Position numbers and translations under genes: made by a program. This document shows, piece after piece, positions 17,680 through 27,737 of a DNA stretch of 64,000 nucleotides (positions within the stretch are counted from its first letter, which is position 1; every line of letters begins with the position of its first letter). The stretch is taken from positions 320 to 64,319 of the forward strand of contig JBJKSO010000105.1 in assembly GCA_046703825.1 (NCBI GenBank). The letters run 5' to 3'. Origin of the DNA: Candidatus Dormibacteria bacterium. Its GTDB lineage: Bacteria > Chloroflexota > Dormibacteria > Aeolococcales > Bog-877. The notes under the pieces are model-generated. The model had not been told where the DNA came from. It saw nothing but the letters and a program-made list of their open reading frames with translations, and searched no databases.

Positions 17680-18498
17680 TCAGTCGGGCCGGCGGGCCGG
17701 GGTCGGACCGGGCTCGCGCCCGGGGAAGTGCTCCAGCGGCCCGTGGCCCGCACCCAGACCCGGCGCCCGGGCCAGGCACCGAAGCTCGTACGCCTTCGCG
17801 GCCCGCACCGCATCCAGGGGAGCGTCGCCTCGGGCCAGATTCGCGGTTATGGCCGCGGAGAAGGTGCACCCGGTCCCGTGGGTGTGGCGCGAATCGATCC
17901 TCTCCGCCTCGAGTTGGGTGACGGAGCCGTCATGGACCACGACATCCACCGGAGGTCCCGGGGCGTGCCCGCCCTTGACCACCACCCAGGGGACCCCGAG
18001 TTCAGTGAGGGCGTGGGCCGCGCTCTGGGCCTCGGCGCCGTCGGTGACGGGCAAACCGGTCAGCGCGGACGCCTCCGGCCAGTTGGGAGTGAGGACGGTG
18101 GCGAGCGGGATCAGCCGCTCGCGCATCAGCCGCACCGCGTCCGCCTGGAGGAGGGTGGCCCCACTCTTGGCGACCATCACCGGGTCGACCACCAGCGGCC
18201 CCCAGTCGCGCCGCGACAGCTGGGCGACGACCTCCCGGATTAGGTCTGCCGAGTAGAGCATGCCGGTCTTGACCGCCGCCGGACGGAGGTCTTGGTCGAG
18301 AGCCTCGATCTGCGCGGCCACGAATTCGGTAGGCAGCGGCTCGACCGCGGTGACGGCGACGGTGTTCTGGGCCGTCAGCGCCACCAGCACGCTCACCCCA
18401 TAGGCACCGTTGGCGGCAAAGGTCTTGAGGTCGGCCTGGATGCCGGCCCCGCCACCACTGTCGCTGGTGGCGACGGTGCACGCGATCGGGCGGGTCAT
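17680..18498 (-). CDS. thiD: hydroxymethylpyrimidine/phosphomethylpyrimidine kinase
   Basis: The internal ATG at 18498 gives MTRPIACTVATSDSGGGAGIQADLKTF...THGTGCTFSAAI. ATGA overlap with the upstream permease stop. The longer 557-aa ORF-track extension is rejected. Confidence 0.9.
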   Translation of the reverse strand: MTRPIACTVATSDSGGGAGIQADLKTFAANGAYGVSVLVALTAQNTVAVTAVEPLPTEFVAAQIEALDQDLRPAAVKTGMLYSADLIREVVAQLSRRDWGPLVVDPVMVAKSGATLLQADAVRLMRERLIPLATVLTPNWPEASALTGLPVTDGAEAQSAAHALTELGVPWVVVKGGHAPGPPVDVVVHDGSVTQLEAERIDSRHTHGTGCTFSAAITANLARGDAPLDAVRAAKAYELRCLARAPGLGAGHGPLEHFPGREPGPTPARRPD

Positions 18499-19958
18499 TG
18501 GGCCGCTCCCGGCTCGACCGCAGCGGTGAGCCGGTGCTCGCGAGCGGTCAGCAGCACGTAAGCCACCGCCGCCACCAGAGTCCCGACCAGGCTGCTGATA
18601 TCGGCCGGCTGTCCTTGAAAGAGGTGCTGCGCCAGTGGTGAGACGAACCCCCACTCGCCGGGTGGAGGCGGCTCGTTGAAGAACAGGATGGTCGCCGCGG
18701 TCCCGATCAGGAAGGCGGCGAGCACCGGCCACCTGACCCCACCGCGAAACCAGTAGCCACTGCGGGTGGTCAGGCGATGGGGCTCCATCCGCGGCCGGCG
18801 CCAGACCGAGTCCAAGACCACCACCGTCGCCCAGGCGGGGAACCAGACGTAGGTGAGAGTCAAAAAGTTGACGTAGTTCCCTTGGAAGCCGCTTCCGGCG
18901 AACAGCACCAGCGCCGCGATCAGACCTCCCAGGAGGCCGACTGCGGTGGCCGCCATCCAGCGTCGCAGACGGATCCCGATGGCCAAGGCGCACAGAGCTG
19001 AGGAGTAGACGTTCAGGTAGTTGGAGCTGAGTTCGGCCAGGATGATGAACGCCGCGAAGCAGAACGCGAACCACAGCGGCACCGAAGAGACGATCAGGTT
19101 GGGTAGCAGCTTGGCGGGGTCCGCCGTCTGCAGCGCCGCTCCCAGCAGGCCGCAGCCGACCAGGCTGAGCGTGCTGCCGCCGGCGCTGGTGAGGGCCACG
19201 CGGCGATCGGAGGAGTTCACCGGCAGGTATCGGGAGTAGTCGGCCGCGTAGGTCACCCACGAGACGATCAGCGCGAAGGTGAGGGTGAACCCCAGCGCGG
19301 CCGCGGCGAGGTGAGGACCGAACGGAAGCCGGCTCTGCAGTCCGAGGTTCCACCGGTGGAAGGTAAAGACGGCCAAGAGTCCGCAGACCAGCAGGAACGC
19401 GGGCACCTGTATGTGCTGGAAGACCGAGATGGTGCGGTGGCCGTAGACCGCCACCAGAAACGAGATGGCCGTGATGGCGACCAGCAGCAGCGCCTCGATC
19501 GAGGTCGGGGTTCCGCTGAGTATGGGCAGAGCCTTAACCGTGGTGACGGCGATGGCGCAGTCATAGGCGAACCAGCCGATGGCTATGGTCATGGTGAGGA
19601 AGCCACCGATGTAGGCACCGCGCCACCCGAAGACCATCCGCGACTGCACGATCTGGGGCGCACCGCTGCGCACGCCGGTGATGCTGAGCAGCCCGAGGAA
19701 GGTGCTGCCGGCGGCGGCGCCGGCGATCAGGACGAGGGCGGCATCCCAGAAACCCAGCCCGGCCGCGGAGACCAAGAGCGCCCCGGCGAAGAGCGAGAAG
19801 AAGTCGGCCAAAGCGCCCGACCAGATGAAGAAGAGTTCGCGAGGACGTCCGTGGCGTCGCTCTGCCGGAACCGGCTCCAAGCCCCGGAGCTCGACGCGCA
19901 GGAACTCGTCGTCATCCTCGGGGATCGCACCGTCTGCAACCGGAACCGCTGACTCCAA
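18495..19958 (-). CDS. NCS1-family (cytosine/purine/thiamine-precursor) permease
   Basis: ORF track, 487 aa, 12-TM pattern. TTG start with GAGGGAG 6 nt upstream. It follows a TPP riboswitch and precedes thiD. Confidence 0.85.
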   Translation of the reverse strand: MESAVPVADGAIPEDDDEFLRVELRGLEPVPAERRHGRPRELFFIWSGALADFFSLFAGALLVSAAGLGFWDAALVLIAGAAAGSTFLGLLSITGVRSGAPQIVQSRMVFGWRGAYIGGFLTMTIAIGWFAYDCAIAVTTVKALPILSGTPTSIEALLLVAITAISFLVAVYGHRTISVFQHIQVPAFLLVCGLLAVFTFHRWNLGLQSRLPFGPHLAAAALGFTLTFALIVSWVTYAADYSRYLPVNSSDRRVALTSAGGSTLSLVGCGLLGAALQTADPAKLLPNLIVSSVPLWFAFCFAAFIILAELSSNYLNVYSSALCALAIGIRLRRWMAATAVGLLGGLIAALVLFAGSGFQGNYVNFLTLTYVWFPAWATVVVLDSVWRRPRMEPHRLTTRSGYWFRGGVRWPVLAAFLIGTAATILFFNEPPPPGEWGFVSPLAQHLFQGQPADISSLVGTLVAAVAYVLLTAREHRLTAAVEPGAAQ

Positions 19959-19995
19959 TCTGCTCTCCCTCAGCCATGTGCCGCTGGAGCTCCGG

Positions 19996-20090
19996 CAGGC
20001 TGAGGCTTCCCGACGCTGGTACTAACCAGATCCGGTCATCAGGGTTGGCGTTGCCGCCTCTCAGCGCCTGCCGGCGCACCCCTAGCTGGA
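19996..20090 (-). promoter_or_regulatory. TPP (THI-box) riboswitch
   Basis: The minus-strand RNA reads CUAGGGGUGCGCCGGCAGGCGCUGAGAGGCGGCAACGCCAACCCUGAUGACCGGAUCUGGUUAGUACCAGCGUCGGGAAGCCUCAG. It carries the conserved GGGGUGC, GCUGAGA, ACCCUGA, AUCUGG...ACCAGCG and GGGAA blocks. Confidence 0.85.
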
Positions 20091-20219
20091 GCTGACGCTC
20101 CGTGGCGAGTATAGGGCTATCCCCCTGCGGCCGGCCTCGGGTGAGCCTCGGTGAGTCGATGAGCGCAGCCGACCCCGGCACCGACCAGGCGGTGCCGGGG
20201 GGCTCTCGGGGCGATCAGG

Positions 20220-21350
20220 TTAGGGTCGATTCCCGCGGTGAAGGCGTCGCTCCACGGCCACGCCGCCCAGCAGCACCGTCCCGAGCACCACCATCAGCAG
20301 GCCCCAGACCACCTGCACGCCGGCCCCGGTGGCGGGCAGCTGGGTGGTGGAGGCAGCCAGGACGCCGCCCGCCGGGGTCGCCATCGTGTACGCAGCGGCA
20401 CCGCCGTCGGACACCACGTCCTTGCCGCCGCAGAACATGTTCACGGTCACGTTGGTCAGCTGCGAAGAGCCGGCCGGGTTGTTGCCGACGGTGAAGTTGA
20501 ATGTCTTGGTCGTGACGGCGGGCGTGGTCGTGGTGAAGTCGAAGTAGTAGCAGCTCACCGATGTGGAGGAACTCTGGCAGCAGGGGGCCGGGCCAGTCGG
20601 AGCACCGCTGGTCGGGCACGTCGCCATGCCCGCTGGCGCCTGGAACGTCTGGCTACCACTCCAGGTCAGCGTGATCTCGCCCTCACTGGAAGGGACGGTC
20701 GTGGTCTGGGTGGTGGTGACGCTGAGGGTGGTTGAGCCACCGTTGGCAAGTCCTGTGGCGGGCTGGTAACTGGCGGTCACGTTCGGCTGAACCACGTTGA
20801 GGGTGAGTGTCTGGGGATCGAGCTGTCCTTGCGGGGACTGCTCGGGCGATGAGTAGGCGGCAGCCACCGTTATCTGATACGGGCTCCCGGTCACCGCCGT
20901 ATAGACATTCGGACTTGACTGCGTGTCCACCGGGACTACTACAAAGTCGTGAGGGATCGTGAACGTGCTCTGGTTGCTGGGCCAGTTGTCGTAGTAACAG
21001 GTGATGGAGGTTGGGCTAGTGAGAGCTGAAGGGCAAGAAGCGTTGGGATCGTTGCCCGTGTAGTAAATGCGAGCGTTGGAGCTGTTCGACGTGAGAGTGA
21101 GCATTCCGTACGGGCCCGCGAGATCCCCCGTGGCGGCTTGGACCTCCACGGCGATCTTTACCACGGTCCCGGGATATGCGGTGAAGCTGGCCGCCGGGGT
21201 CGTGGTCCCGGCGTAGAGGCCGGTGCCAGGGGCGGCCACGACCGTCGGGGTGGAGCTGGTGGTGTCTGCCGAAGCCGTCATCAGGCCGACGATGCCGAAG
21301 GTAAAGGCGCCCATGGTGGCCACCACCGGCAGGACCAATCGCCGCATCAC
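20220..21350 (-). CDS. LPXTG-type (LPATG) cell-wall-anchored surface protein, Thr/Ser-rich
   Basis: ORF track, 376 aa. Signal peptide MMRRLVLPVVATMGAFTFGIVGLMTASA. The C-terminus reads LPATG, then a 24-residue mainly hydrophobic stretch, then RRLHRGNRP. GGAGGGG SD. Confidence 0.85.
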   Translation of the reverse strand: MMRRLVLPVVATMGAFTFGIVGLMTASADTTSSTPTVVAAPGTGLYAGTTTPAASFTAYPGTVVKIAVEVQAATGDLAGPYGMLTLTSNSSNARIYYTGNDPNASCPSALTSPTSITCYYDNWPSNQSTFTIPHDFVVVPVDTQSSPNVYTAVTGSPYQITVAAAYSSPEQSPQGQLDPQTLTLNVVQPNVTASYQPATGLANGGSTTLSVTTTQTTTVPSSEGEITLTWSGSQTFQAPAGMATCPTSGAPTGPAPCCQSSSTSVSCYYFDFTTTTPAVTTKTFNFTVGNNPAGSSQLTNVTVNMFCGGKDVVSDGGAAAYTMATPAGGVLAASTTQLPATGAGVQVVWGLLMVVLGTVLLGGVAVERRLHRGNRP

Positions 21351-21672
21351 TCCCCTCCTCTCTGGTCTCGCGTCAGAATCTCGCTCAGGAGCGTCTGCCC
21401 GACTTGCAATCGCCAGGTCGGCGATCTCCCGTTGACATGCTTCGCCGGCCTAGCCATGGCCGCCTTCTCCTCCAACCGGCCGGCAAGCGCATGACGCCCG
21501 GGTGGACATTCCTGTTCTCCCTTTGGGCTGATTGTGCTGGGTTCTGGGCCGATCCGTCCAGTGTTTCCGGCAGCGGAGCTTTCGCTAGGCCAGTGGCAGC
21601 GGGGCGGAATCGAGTTGCAAGCAGGTGAGTGACACCGCATCGCTCGGCCAAGGCACCCGCAAGCGCGTTGGA

Positions 21673-23079
21673 TCAGCTGCCGGTTGCGGCACCGATCGGT
21701 TGCGGGCCTGCCACGGACTCCTTGCTCACGCTCGCGCCCAGCTCTCGCCGCTCAGCCAGCACCGCGATCACGGCGACCAGCGCCAGCAGAGGGATCTGGG
21801 CCAGGTACTCTTCAAGGCTTCGCCAGTTCAGCCAGAACGCCGACAGCGTCAAAACCGCAGCAGCCACCCTCCATCGGGGCCGCGCCAGGCCCCAGGTGAA
21901 GACGGCCAGCATGACCAGGGCGGTGAGGGCGAACGTCAGCAGGCGCGGGGGCGGAGGGATGACGTGGGCCAAGACCAGCTCAATCGGCCCGTACCCCAGA
22001 GGGAAGGTTGGCCCCCTCAGCACCCCCCAGACCTGCGCGATCGCATCCGGATAGCGCACGACCCACGGCAATACAGCCACGGCGATCGTGACCGACCCGG
22101 CGACGAGCCGCCGGGAAAACTGGCCCAGGTCGAGGCAGAGCAGGAAGTAGCCGGGCAGGAAGAACCAGGCCAGCTCATTCGAGCCCAGCGCCAGGGCCAG
22201 GCAAACCGCCGAGAGGATCGGTCTTCGGATCCACAGGACACTGAGCGCCATCAGGACGTACGCGAAGGCCTCGGCGTTGCCGTTGGCCGCAAAGTTGAGC
22301 GCCGAGCCGGGAATCGCGTATGTGAGCAGCACCACGCCCACCGCGACCGGCCAGAGAGGTCCTGCCGCCAGGGCAACCGCCACCAGTAGCACCACAATGC
22401 CGCCTAGGACCCAGATGGCTCGGGCTGAGGCGCCCGCGTGGGCCACCGGAATCATCGAGACTGGATCCAGCGGCGGTTTGCCCAGGCGCGAGAAGTAGCC
22501 GTAGTCGGCCCTGTTGCTGGCGGCGGCGTCGATCTGGGCGGGACTGGGGTAGACGCGCACGTCTCGAAAGGGTCCCGCCTTCAGCGGGGTGGCCAGCGCC
22601 GGCGGCAGCGCCATGCTCTTCAAACAGCCGATCTCAGTCACGTGGTAGGGATCTCGGCCGGCGACGATTGCCCGGGCTCCGCAGACTGCCATGGCGTTGG
22701 CATCGTCGATCAGCAACTGGCCGGACGAGATCGGCCGAGAGAGGCCCCACCCCACTCCTACCGCCACGACGAGGGCCAGGAGGGGGCTCACCAGAAGCAG
22801 CCGACCGGGCTTAAGCCGGGTGAGCCACCCGGGCAGGGTGCGGACGCAGCAGAGTGCGACCACCGCGACGAAGGCCAGGAAGGCCACGTATTGGAAGACC
22901 AAGTTGGCGGTGAGGGCCGCCTGACCGGGCACCCGGTCAGCCAACCACAGCCAATTGGCGAACCGCAGCGCCACCAGCGCGACCACCAGAAGCACGAGGC
23001 GGTCCGCGAACGCGCCCTGGGGCGCCCAGGACGGCAGGTACCTAGATCTCGATAACCGATCGACCACCCCGCTGATCAT
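21673..23079 (-). CDS. polytopic membrane protein, GT-C-fold/DUF2029(GT87)-like, paralog 1
   Basis: ATG at 23079 gives 468 aa, matching the 465- and 471-aa paralogs. The shared loop motif is listed under the paralog finding. The ORF-track N-terminal extension to 23433 is rejected. An alternative start at 23133 is possible. Confidence 0.7.
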   Translation of the reverse strand: MISGVVDRLSRSRYLPSWAPQGAFADRLVLLVVALVALRFANWLWLADRVPGQAALTANLVFQYVAFLAFVAVVALCCVRTLPGWLTRLKPGRLLLVSPLLALVVAVGVGWGLSRPISSGQLLIDDANAMAVCGARAIVAGRDPYHVTEIGCLKSMALPPALATPLKAGPFRDVRVYPSPAQIDAAASNRADYGYFSRLGKPPLDPVSMIPVAHAGASARAIWVLGGIVVLLVAVALAAGPLWPVAVGVVLLTYAIPGSALNFAANGNAEAFAYVLMALSVLWIRRPILSAVCLALALGSNELAWFFLPGYFLLCLDLGQFSRRLVAGSVTIAVAVLPWVVRYPDAIAQVWGVLRGPTFPLGYGPIELVLAHVIPPPPRLLTFALTALVMLAVFTWGLARPRWRVAAAVLTLSAFWLNWRSLEEYLAQIPLLALVAVIAVLAERRELGASVSKESVAGPQPIGAATGS

Positions 23080-23154
23080 GTGTGGACCTAGTTTGACCGC
23101 CTCAGCGCCATAGGGTGTGCCGGCACCGCCCATCCTGTTCTCGATAATGGGAAG

Positions 23155-23610
23155 GTGGCAGTCGATCCCCTCGAGTACACCGCAAGGTGGTCGGTGCGCC
23201 AGTACGAACTGGACGTCAACGGTCACGTCAACAACGCTGTCTATCTCAACTACGCGGAGGAGTTGGCGGTTCAGCACGCCGCCCGGAGCGGATTCGGTCC
23301 CGAATGGACCGCGGCGCACGACGGTGCCTGGTTCATCCGGCGCAACGAGATCACTTACTACGCTCCGGCGAGATACGGGGATGAGCTCGAATTGACGGTG
23401 CGGCTGGAGCTGGTCCGCGGAGCGAGAGGCCACCGAAGAACAACGATTCGGCGAGTGGGCGATGGTGCGCTCATTGCGGTTGTCTTCACCGAATGGGTCT
23501 GGACGCGACGCTCAGACGGCAAGCCTGCGCCCGTCCCGCAGGAGCTCGTGGAGCTGGCCGCTAGCGCCGCTCGGGTTGCACGGCAGGCGGCACGGCGTCC
23601 GCCCAACTGA
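23155..23610 (+). CDS. hotdog-fold acyl-CoA thioesterase (YbgC/4HBT type)
   Basis: ORF track, 151 aa. The motif YELDVNGHVNNAVYLNYAEE is typical. Confidence 0.8.
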   Translation: MAVDPLEYTARWSVRQYELDVNGHVNNAVYLNYAEELAVQHAARSGFGPEWTAAHDGAWFIRRNEITYYAPARYGDELELTVRLELVRGARGHRRTTIRRVGDGALIAVVFTEWVWTRRSDGKPAPVPQELVELAASAARVARQAARRPPN

Positions 23611-23978
23611 CCTCCTTACGGATCCGATCCACAGTCGCTCCCTTGGCTGTAGCTCTCACAGATACCGTAAGAAGTCCGCCTGGCTGGAGCTCCAGCAAAC
23701 AGTCAGTCCCCGGAGAAGGCTGCTACTGGTTGGGGGCAGACGGACCGCAGCGACCGGGGCACTACTCTGGTCGCCTCACCATGCCTATCCCGCCAAGGGC
23801 GAGACGCAGCCCAGGCGCGAACGTACACCGTCGGTAGCGCTCACCTCTCGGCGCTGGAGCGCGCCGTGCAATCGCCTCGCTCCCCTGCTTGGAGAACACC
23901 TGTCATACGCTGCGTACCGCAGCCAATTCCCTCCTGGCTTCACGCCCGAATTAGGGTCCGCTTCGAATGCGGCCCCGC

Positions 23979-25804
23979 TCACTTGACCCGCCAATCCTGT
24001 GGGTAGATGTTGAGCATCGGGTCTTGGGGCGCCCAGCCTTTGATGGTGGTCCGGACTGCCGAGACCTGGAGTGGCGGAGTGGGAGGAAACAACGTGGGGA
24101 CCAGTTTCACGATCAGATTCTCATAAGCCTTCAGCTGACTGACGCCAGCACCGCCAGCGTAGGAAGCCTCGATCGCTCTGGTAACTGCGGAGTTCGAGTA
24201 GCCGTCTCCGCTGTCGGCCGCCTTAGGCGCGTAGATATCCTCACCAGTTGGGTAGAAGTCTGGCTCGTATAGGAAGCGTGGTGCGACCAAGAATGCCATC
24301 TGCCATGTGCACTTGGCAGAAATAGCGGTCGTACCGGCGCAGGCGGTCTCCTCTCCCAACAACGTAGACAGCGTGCCCGACTTTAGGGTAATGTGCACAC
24401 CCGCCTTTCCAAACTCGATTGAAGCAGTGCGCTCTCGGTCTGCAGCGCCAACATTCCGCTGGAGTACAAGAATTGGAACTGCAATGGGTCTCCCTCGCCT
24501 ATCCCCGCACCACACTCATTGGCGCCGGCCCCTGGTCTAACGCAGCTCGAGGTTCCGCCAGGAACAACTCTCCAGCCATGCTCTTTAAGCACACTTTCAG
24601 CCCGTTTCGGATTGTAGGAGTAGAGCCCTTTCCGCTCTAAGCTGGACACAAAGTTGCTCGCGGGCTTCAGCGGGACCGGTCCATTGGTGATGGTAGCCAA
24701 GCCGTCGTAGACGGCCTTAATGAGCTGTGGCTGATCTATCAGCATCTGAAGCGCCTGCCGTACGTAGGGCTGGCTCAGGATCGGTCCGCTTTGTGGGTTG
24801 AGGTAGTCCAGATCGATATAGGTGAAGGCCCATCCCCACCATGGAACCACGCTGTAGCCGCGCTTCTTCAATACCCCGGCTTGAGCAGTGTCTTGAGGAG
24901 GGATGTAGCCGTAGTCCACGGCACCGGATCGCAACGCATTAAATTCGGCCGTATCCGAAGTGAACGGCTCCAAGATGAACTTGGAAACGGAGCCACTGAC
25001 CTTCCCGGAATAGGAATGGTTCCGAGCAAAAACGACATAGCCATTCGAATCGTAGGTCTGTAGTCGCCAGGGCCCGTCGACGACGCGCCAGAGTGGGTTC
25101 GTGTCGTACGTAGGCAAGTTCTTGGCTTGTCCAATCAAGTAGTTGTAGACGGCCCGAGCGCCCGAAGGGGTGGCGTCATACGCACCAGGTGCAGTGCCCG
25201 CTTCGCGATCCCACGCCATAGGCATGGGCGTGACCTGGCTCAGCTCGTTGTAGGTGAACCAGTAGGGAGAGAACGAGTGTTCCAAAGTAAACCGGACCGC
25301 ATCTCCGGCCACCATCTTGTAGGCTTTGACGTTGTCTGGGAAGGTGCCGGCTGCGTAGGGTCCGAAGTTAGTCTTCTCTTGTTCCAGCAGATTCATCCAG
25401 AAGATCACGTCACGGGCGTCTACAGTCTCGCCGTTCGACCACTTCCAACCCTTCATCCGCACCGTAACCACCGTGTCGCCGTTCGAGTAGACGGGAGGGT
25501 ACGCTGCGCTCAGTGACGGGTTAAGCACAGGTTTGCCGTCCTTGCCAAACCAGTACAACGGCAGGTACATGAGATATTGAAACTGTTCCTGATTGGTCGA
25601 GTCGAAGTAGGCACCACTCATCATTGGAAAGATGTAATTAGGTGGAGAACCTGGCTGCTCGGCGAATGTGACGCTGCTAGCAGATGTACCCTTGGCTTGA
25701 GCAGGAGCCCCTGGCACAAGGACCACGGCTACCATAGCGACGATCCCAGCGATCGCTAGACCCAACTTGCGTCCGAGGCTGTCCCCGATCGACGCATCCC
25801 CCAT
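23979..25804 (-). pseudogene. family-5 (peptide/nickel-type) ABC solute-binding protein, interrupted by a frameshift
   Basis: ATG at 25804 follows GGGAGGGAGG. Signal peptide with AQA. The frame ends ...ALLQSSLERRVCTLP* at 24383. The natural continuation IEFGKAGVHITLKSG...WRVK runs in another frame to 23979. No permease or ATPase genes are adjacent. Confidence 0.75.
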
Positions 25805-26135
25805 CAACCTCCCTCCCAATGTCGAGTGTCGTCAATCATAGCTGGCGCTTTGGGCGAGCGCCATACACCGAGAGGTGATCCAAGCGTGCCTGAGGCGTCC
25901 CGGGCGGTCAGGGACCGGGCGGCTGCCGGGGCGCGAGGAATAGAACGGGCCCGATGAGCGGGCGGGTGAGTCGAAGTCAACAAATTGGCATATCCGCCTT
26001 GCCGGTTGTCCGTTCGGCGCAGTTACCAGGAAACCCCTTAGGTCGCCAACGGGATGGGGCTTCACAGCCGTGGATCGGGGCCGGTCGGCAGAAGCGGCAG
26101 GCCCACCCCAGGCAGGGCCCGAGTCGCAAGTCACC

Positions 26136-27533
26136 CTAGTCGGACGCCACCGGTAGGGCCACGCGGCTTTTGAAAGGCCGAGCTGGGCTGGGCACGCTGT
26201 CGCGCAAATGCTCCAACCGGTACCACCCGACGAGCGCGGCCGGGGTCAGCCAAAAAACTGGAGAGTAGTAATAGAGGAGTCCTCGCCAGCTGAGTGCAAA
26301 GCAGACGAAGACCGTCGGCACCATGCACCACCTCAGCTGTGGACGCGCCACGGCCAGGGAAGCACAACCGACTATGCCGGCAGTCAGCAACAAGCCGCAT
26401 AACTCGCGAGACGCCGCGGTGTTGGGCAGCAGCGGCCCAAGAGACGCGCCCATGGCAAACTCTGGGAGGCTGATGAAACGCCACAACTCGGCGACCAGGT
26501 GGTGATCCCAGAGCAGCCAGGGCACGGTGCCTGCGGCGACGCCTCCGACAAGCCAGGCCACGCGCTGGGAACGATCCCGCTCACCCAGAAGGATCGCAGC
26601 ATAGACGGGCGCTGCGATCCAGGTGAGGGGGTTCGAACATACAGCAGCGGCGACTGCCAATGAGCTCACTCGGGGACGGTCCAGCAGTCCAAAGCCAACC
26701 GCCAATAGCAGGTAGCTGATGTCCTCGGGATTCCAGCCAAAGGCAACCAACAACCACCACATCGCCAGGCTCTGCCAGAGGACCAGATACAAGCGACCCG
26801 GCACCGGACGTCGCCAAAGCACCAGCATCAGCAAGAGGCAGACTGCGGCGACCCAAACATAAACCAACGTCCATCCGCCGTAGGCCACAGGCACCAGCAA
26901 GAGAGTGGCCTCGGGCGGGTATCCGAAAGCCGGGTACCCGCTGTGACTTCCGGTCGACTCGTCCTGTCGAAGAACCGCCCCCTGTTTTTTGACACTTGGG
27001 AGCCGATTGGATCTCGCAAATACGCCACGATGGATCGGAGTGGCCCCGGGAAGATTGAGATTCAGTCGTCGGAAGCACTGAGGTTCATAGGTCGAGTAGG
27101 GATCGGCGCCGTGCAGCACGTCCTGAGCGGCACACAACATGGTCGCCGGTGGATCGTTCTGTGGTGCCCCAGCGCTGAACTCCAAAATGCTGGCGGCAGA
27201 CACGATGCCCAGAAGAAGCACCGCGATGAGCGCTGCCGACCGGGGTGAGAGCACCGCGGGTACTCGCTCGCCCCAGGGTTTCCGACTGAGACTGTTGGCC
27301 GTGAGCGCTACGCAGGGTACGGCCAGCAAGGGGCGAGCCCACAGTACGAGACCGAAGTGATTGACCAGCAGCGTGATCGCCATCCAGACGAAGAGGGCGA
27401 AGATGCCCTGAGCCGTTCGGATGGGTAGGGTGTGGGGCTCGAGCCGGTGGCTGGGGCCGGGAGAACGGGGCGTCCTCCTAACCCATCCGGCGAATCGTCG
27501 CGGCCTCCTCCATCTCAACTTCCCACGGTGCAT
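26136..27533 (-). CDS. polytopic membrane protein, GT-C-fold/DUF2029(GT87)-like, paralog 2
   Basis: ORF track, 465 aa. ATG start. It shares the extracytoplasmic loop and downstream motifs with paralogs 1 and 3. Confidence 0.75.
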   Translation of the reverse strand: MHRGKLRWRRPRRFAGWVRRTPRSPGPSHRLEPHTLPIRTAQGIFALFVWMAITLLVNHFGLVLWARPLLAVPCVALTANSLSRKPWGERVPAVLSPRSAALIAVLLLGIVSAASILEFSAGAPQNDPPATMLCAAQDVLHGADPYSTYEPQCFRRLNLNLPGATPIHRGVFARSNRLPSVKKQGAVLRQDESTGSHSGYPAFGYPPEATLLLVPVAYGGWTLVYVWVAAVCLLLMLVLWRRPVPGRLYLVLWQSLAMWWLLVAFGWNPEDISYLLLAVGFGLLDRPRVSSLAVAAAVCSNPLTWIAAPVYAAILLGERDRSQRVAWLVGGVAAGTVPWLLWDHHLVAELWRFISLPEFAMGASLGPLLPNTAASRELCGLLLTAGIVGCASLAVARPQLRWCMVPTVFVCFALSWRGLLYYYSPVFWLTPAALVGWYRLEHLRDSVPSPARPFKSRVALPVASD

Positions 27534-27737
27534 CTAGCCGTCGAGGCTAGCCAATAGCAGCTCAGCAATCGGTTCGGAGCCGGTCACGACGTTGTCAGCG
27601 AGTTGACGTTTGTGTAACAGGTCGATCGGCACCCCAGAGTACGAGCGCCTTTTGCGAAATAGTCGGCTGGCAGTGACAGTCGGTGCGCGGGGCGGAGCCT
27701 CGCCCCTTTCAAGGTCTACGGTCGCGGTGGGGCGGGC

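Noticed and set aside
18499-19353. N-terminal extension of the thiD ORF to 557 aa
   Set aside because: The extension lies in an alternative frame of the NCS1 permease gene and is Arg/Pro/Gly-rich. ThiD homology begins exactly at the ATG at 18498, which forms an ATGA overlap with the permease stop.
23080-23433. N-terminal extension of GT-C-like paralog 1 to 586 aa
   Set aside because: The extension overlaps the divergent thioesterase gene and has no counterpart in the two paralogs (465 and 471 aa). The ATG at 23079 gives 468 aa.
25832-26134. 100-aa minus-strand ORF in the spacer between paralog 2 and the binding-protein gene; likewise the 116-aa ORF 27534-27884
   Set aside because: They have no SD and low-complexity Arg/Pro/Ser-rich translations. 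The second also overlaps the start of paralog 3. Both are more likely promoter or leader regions.
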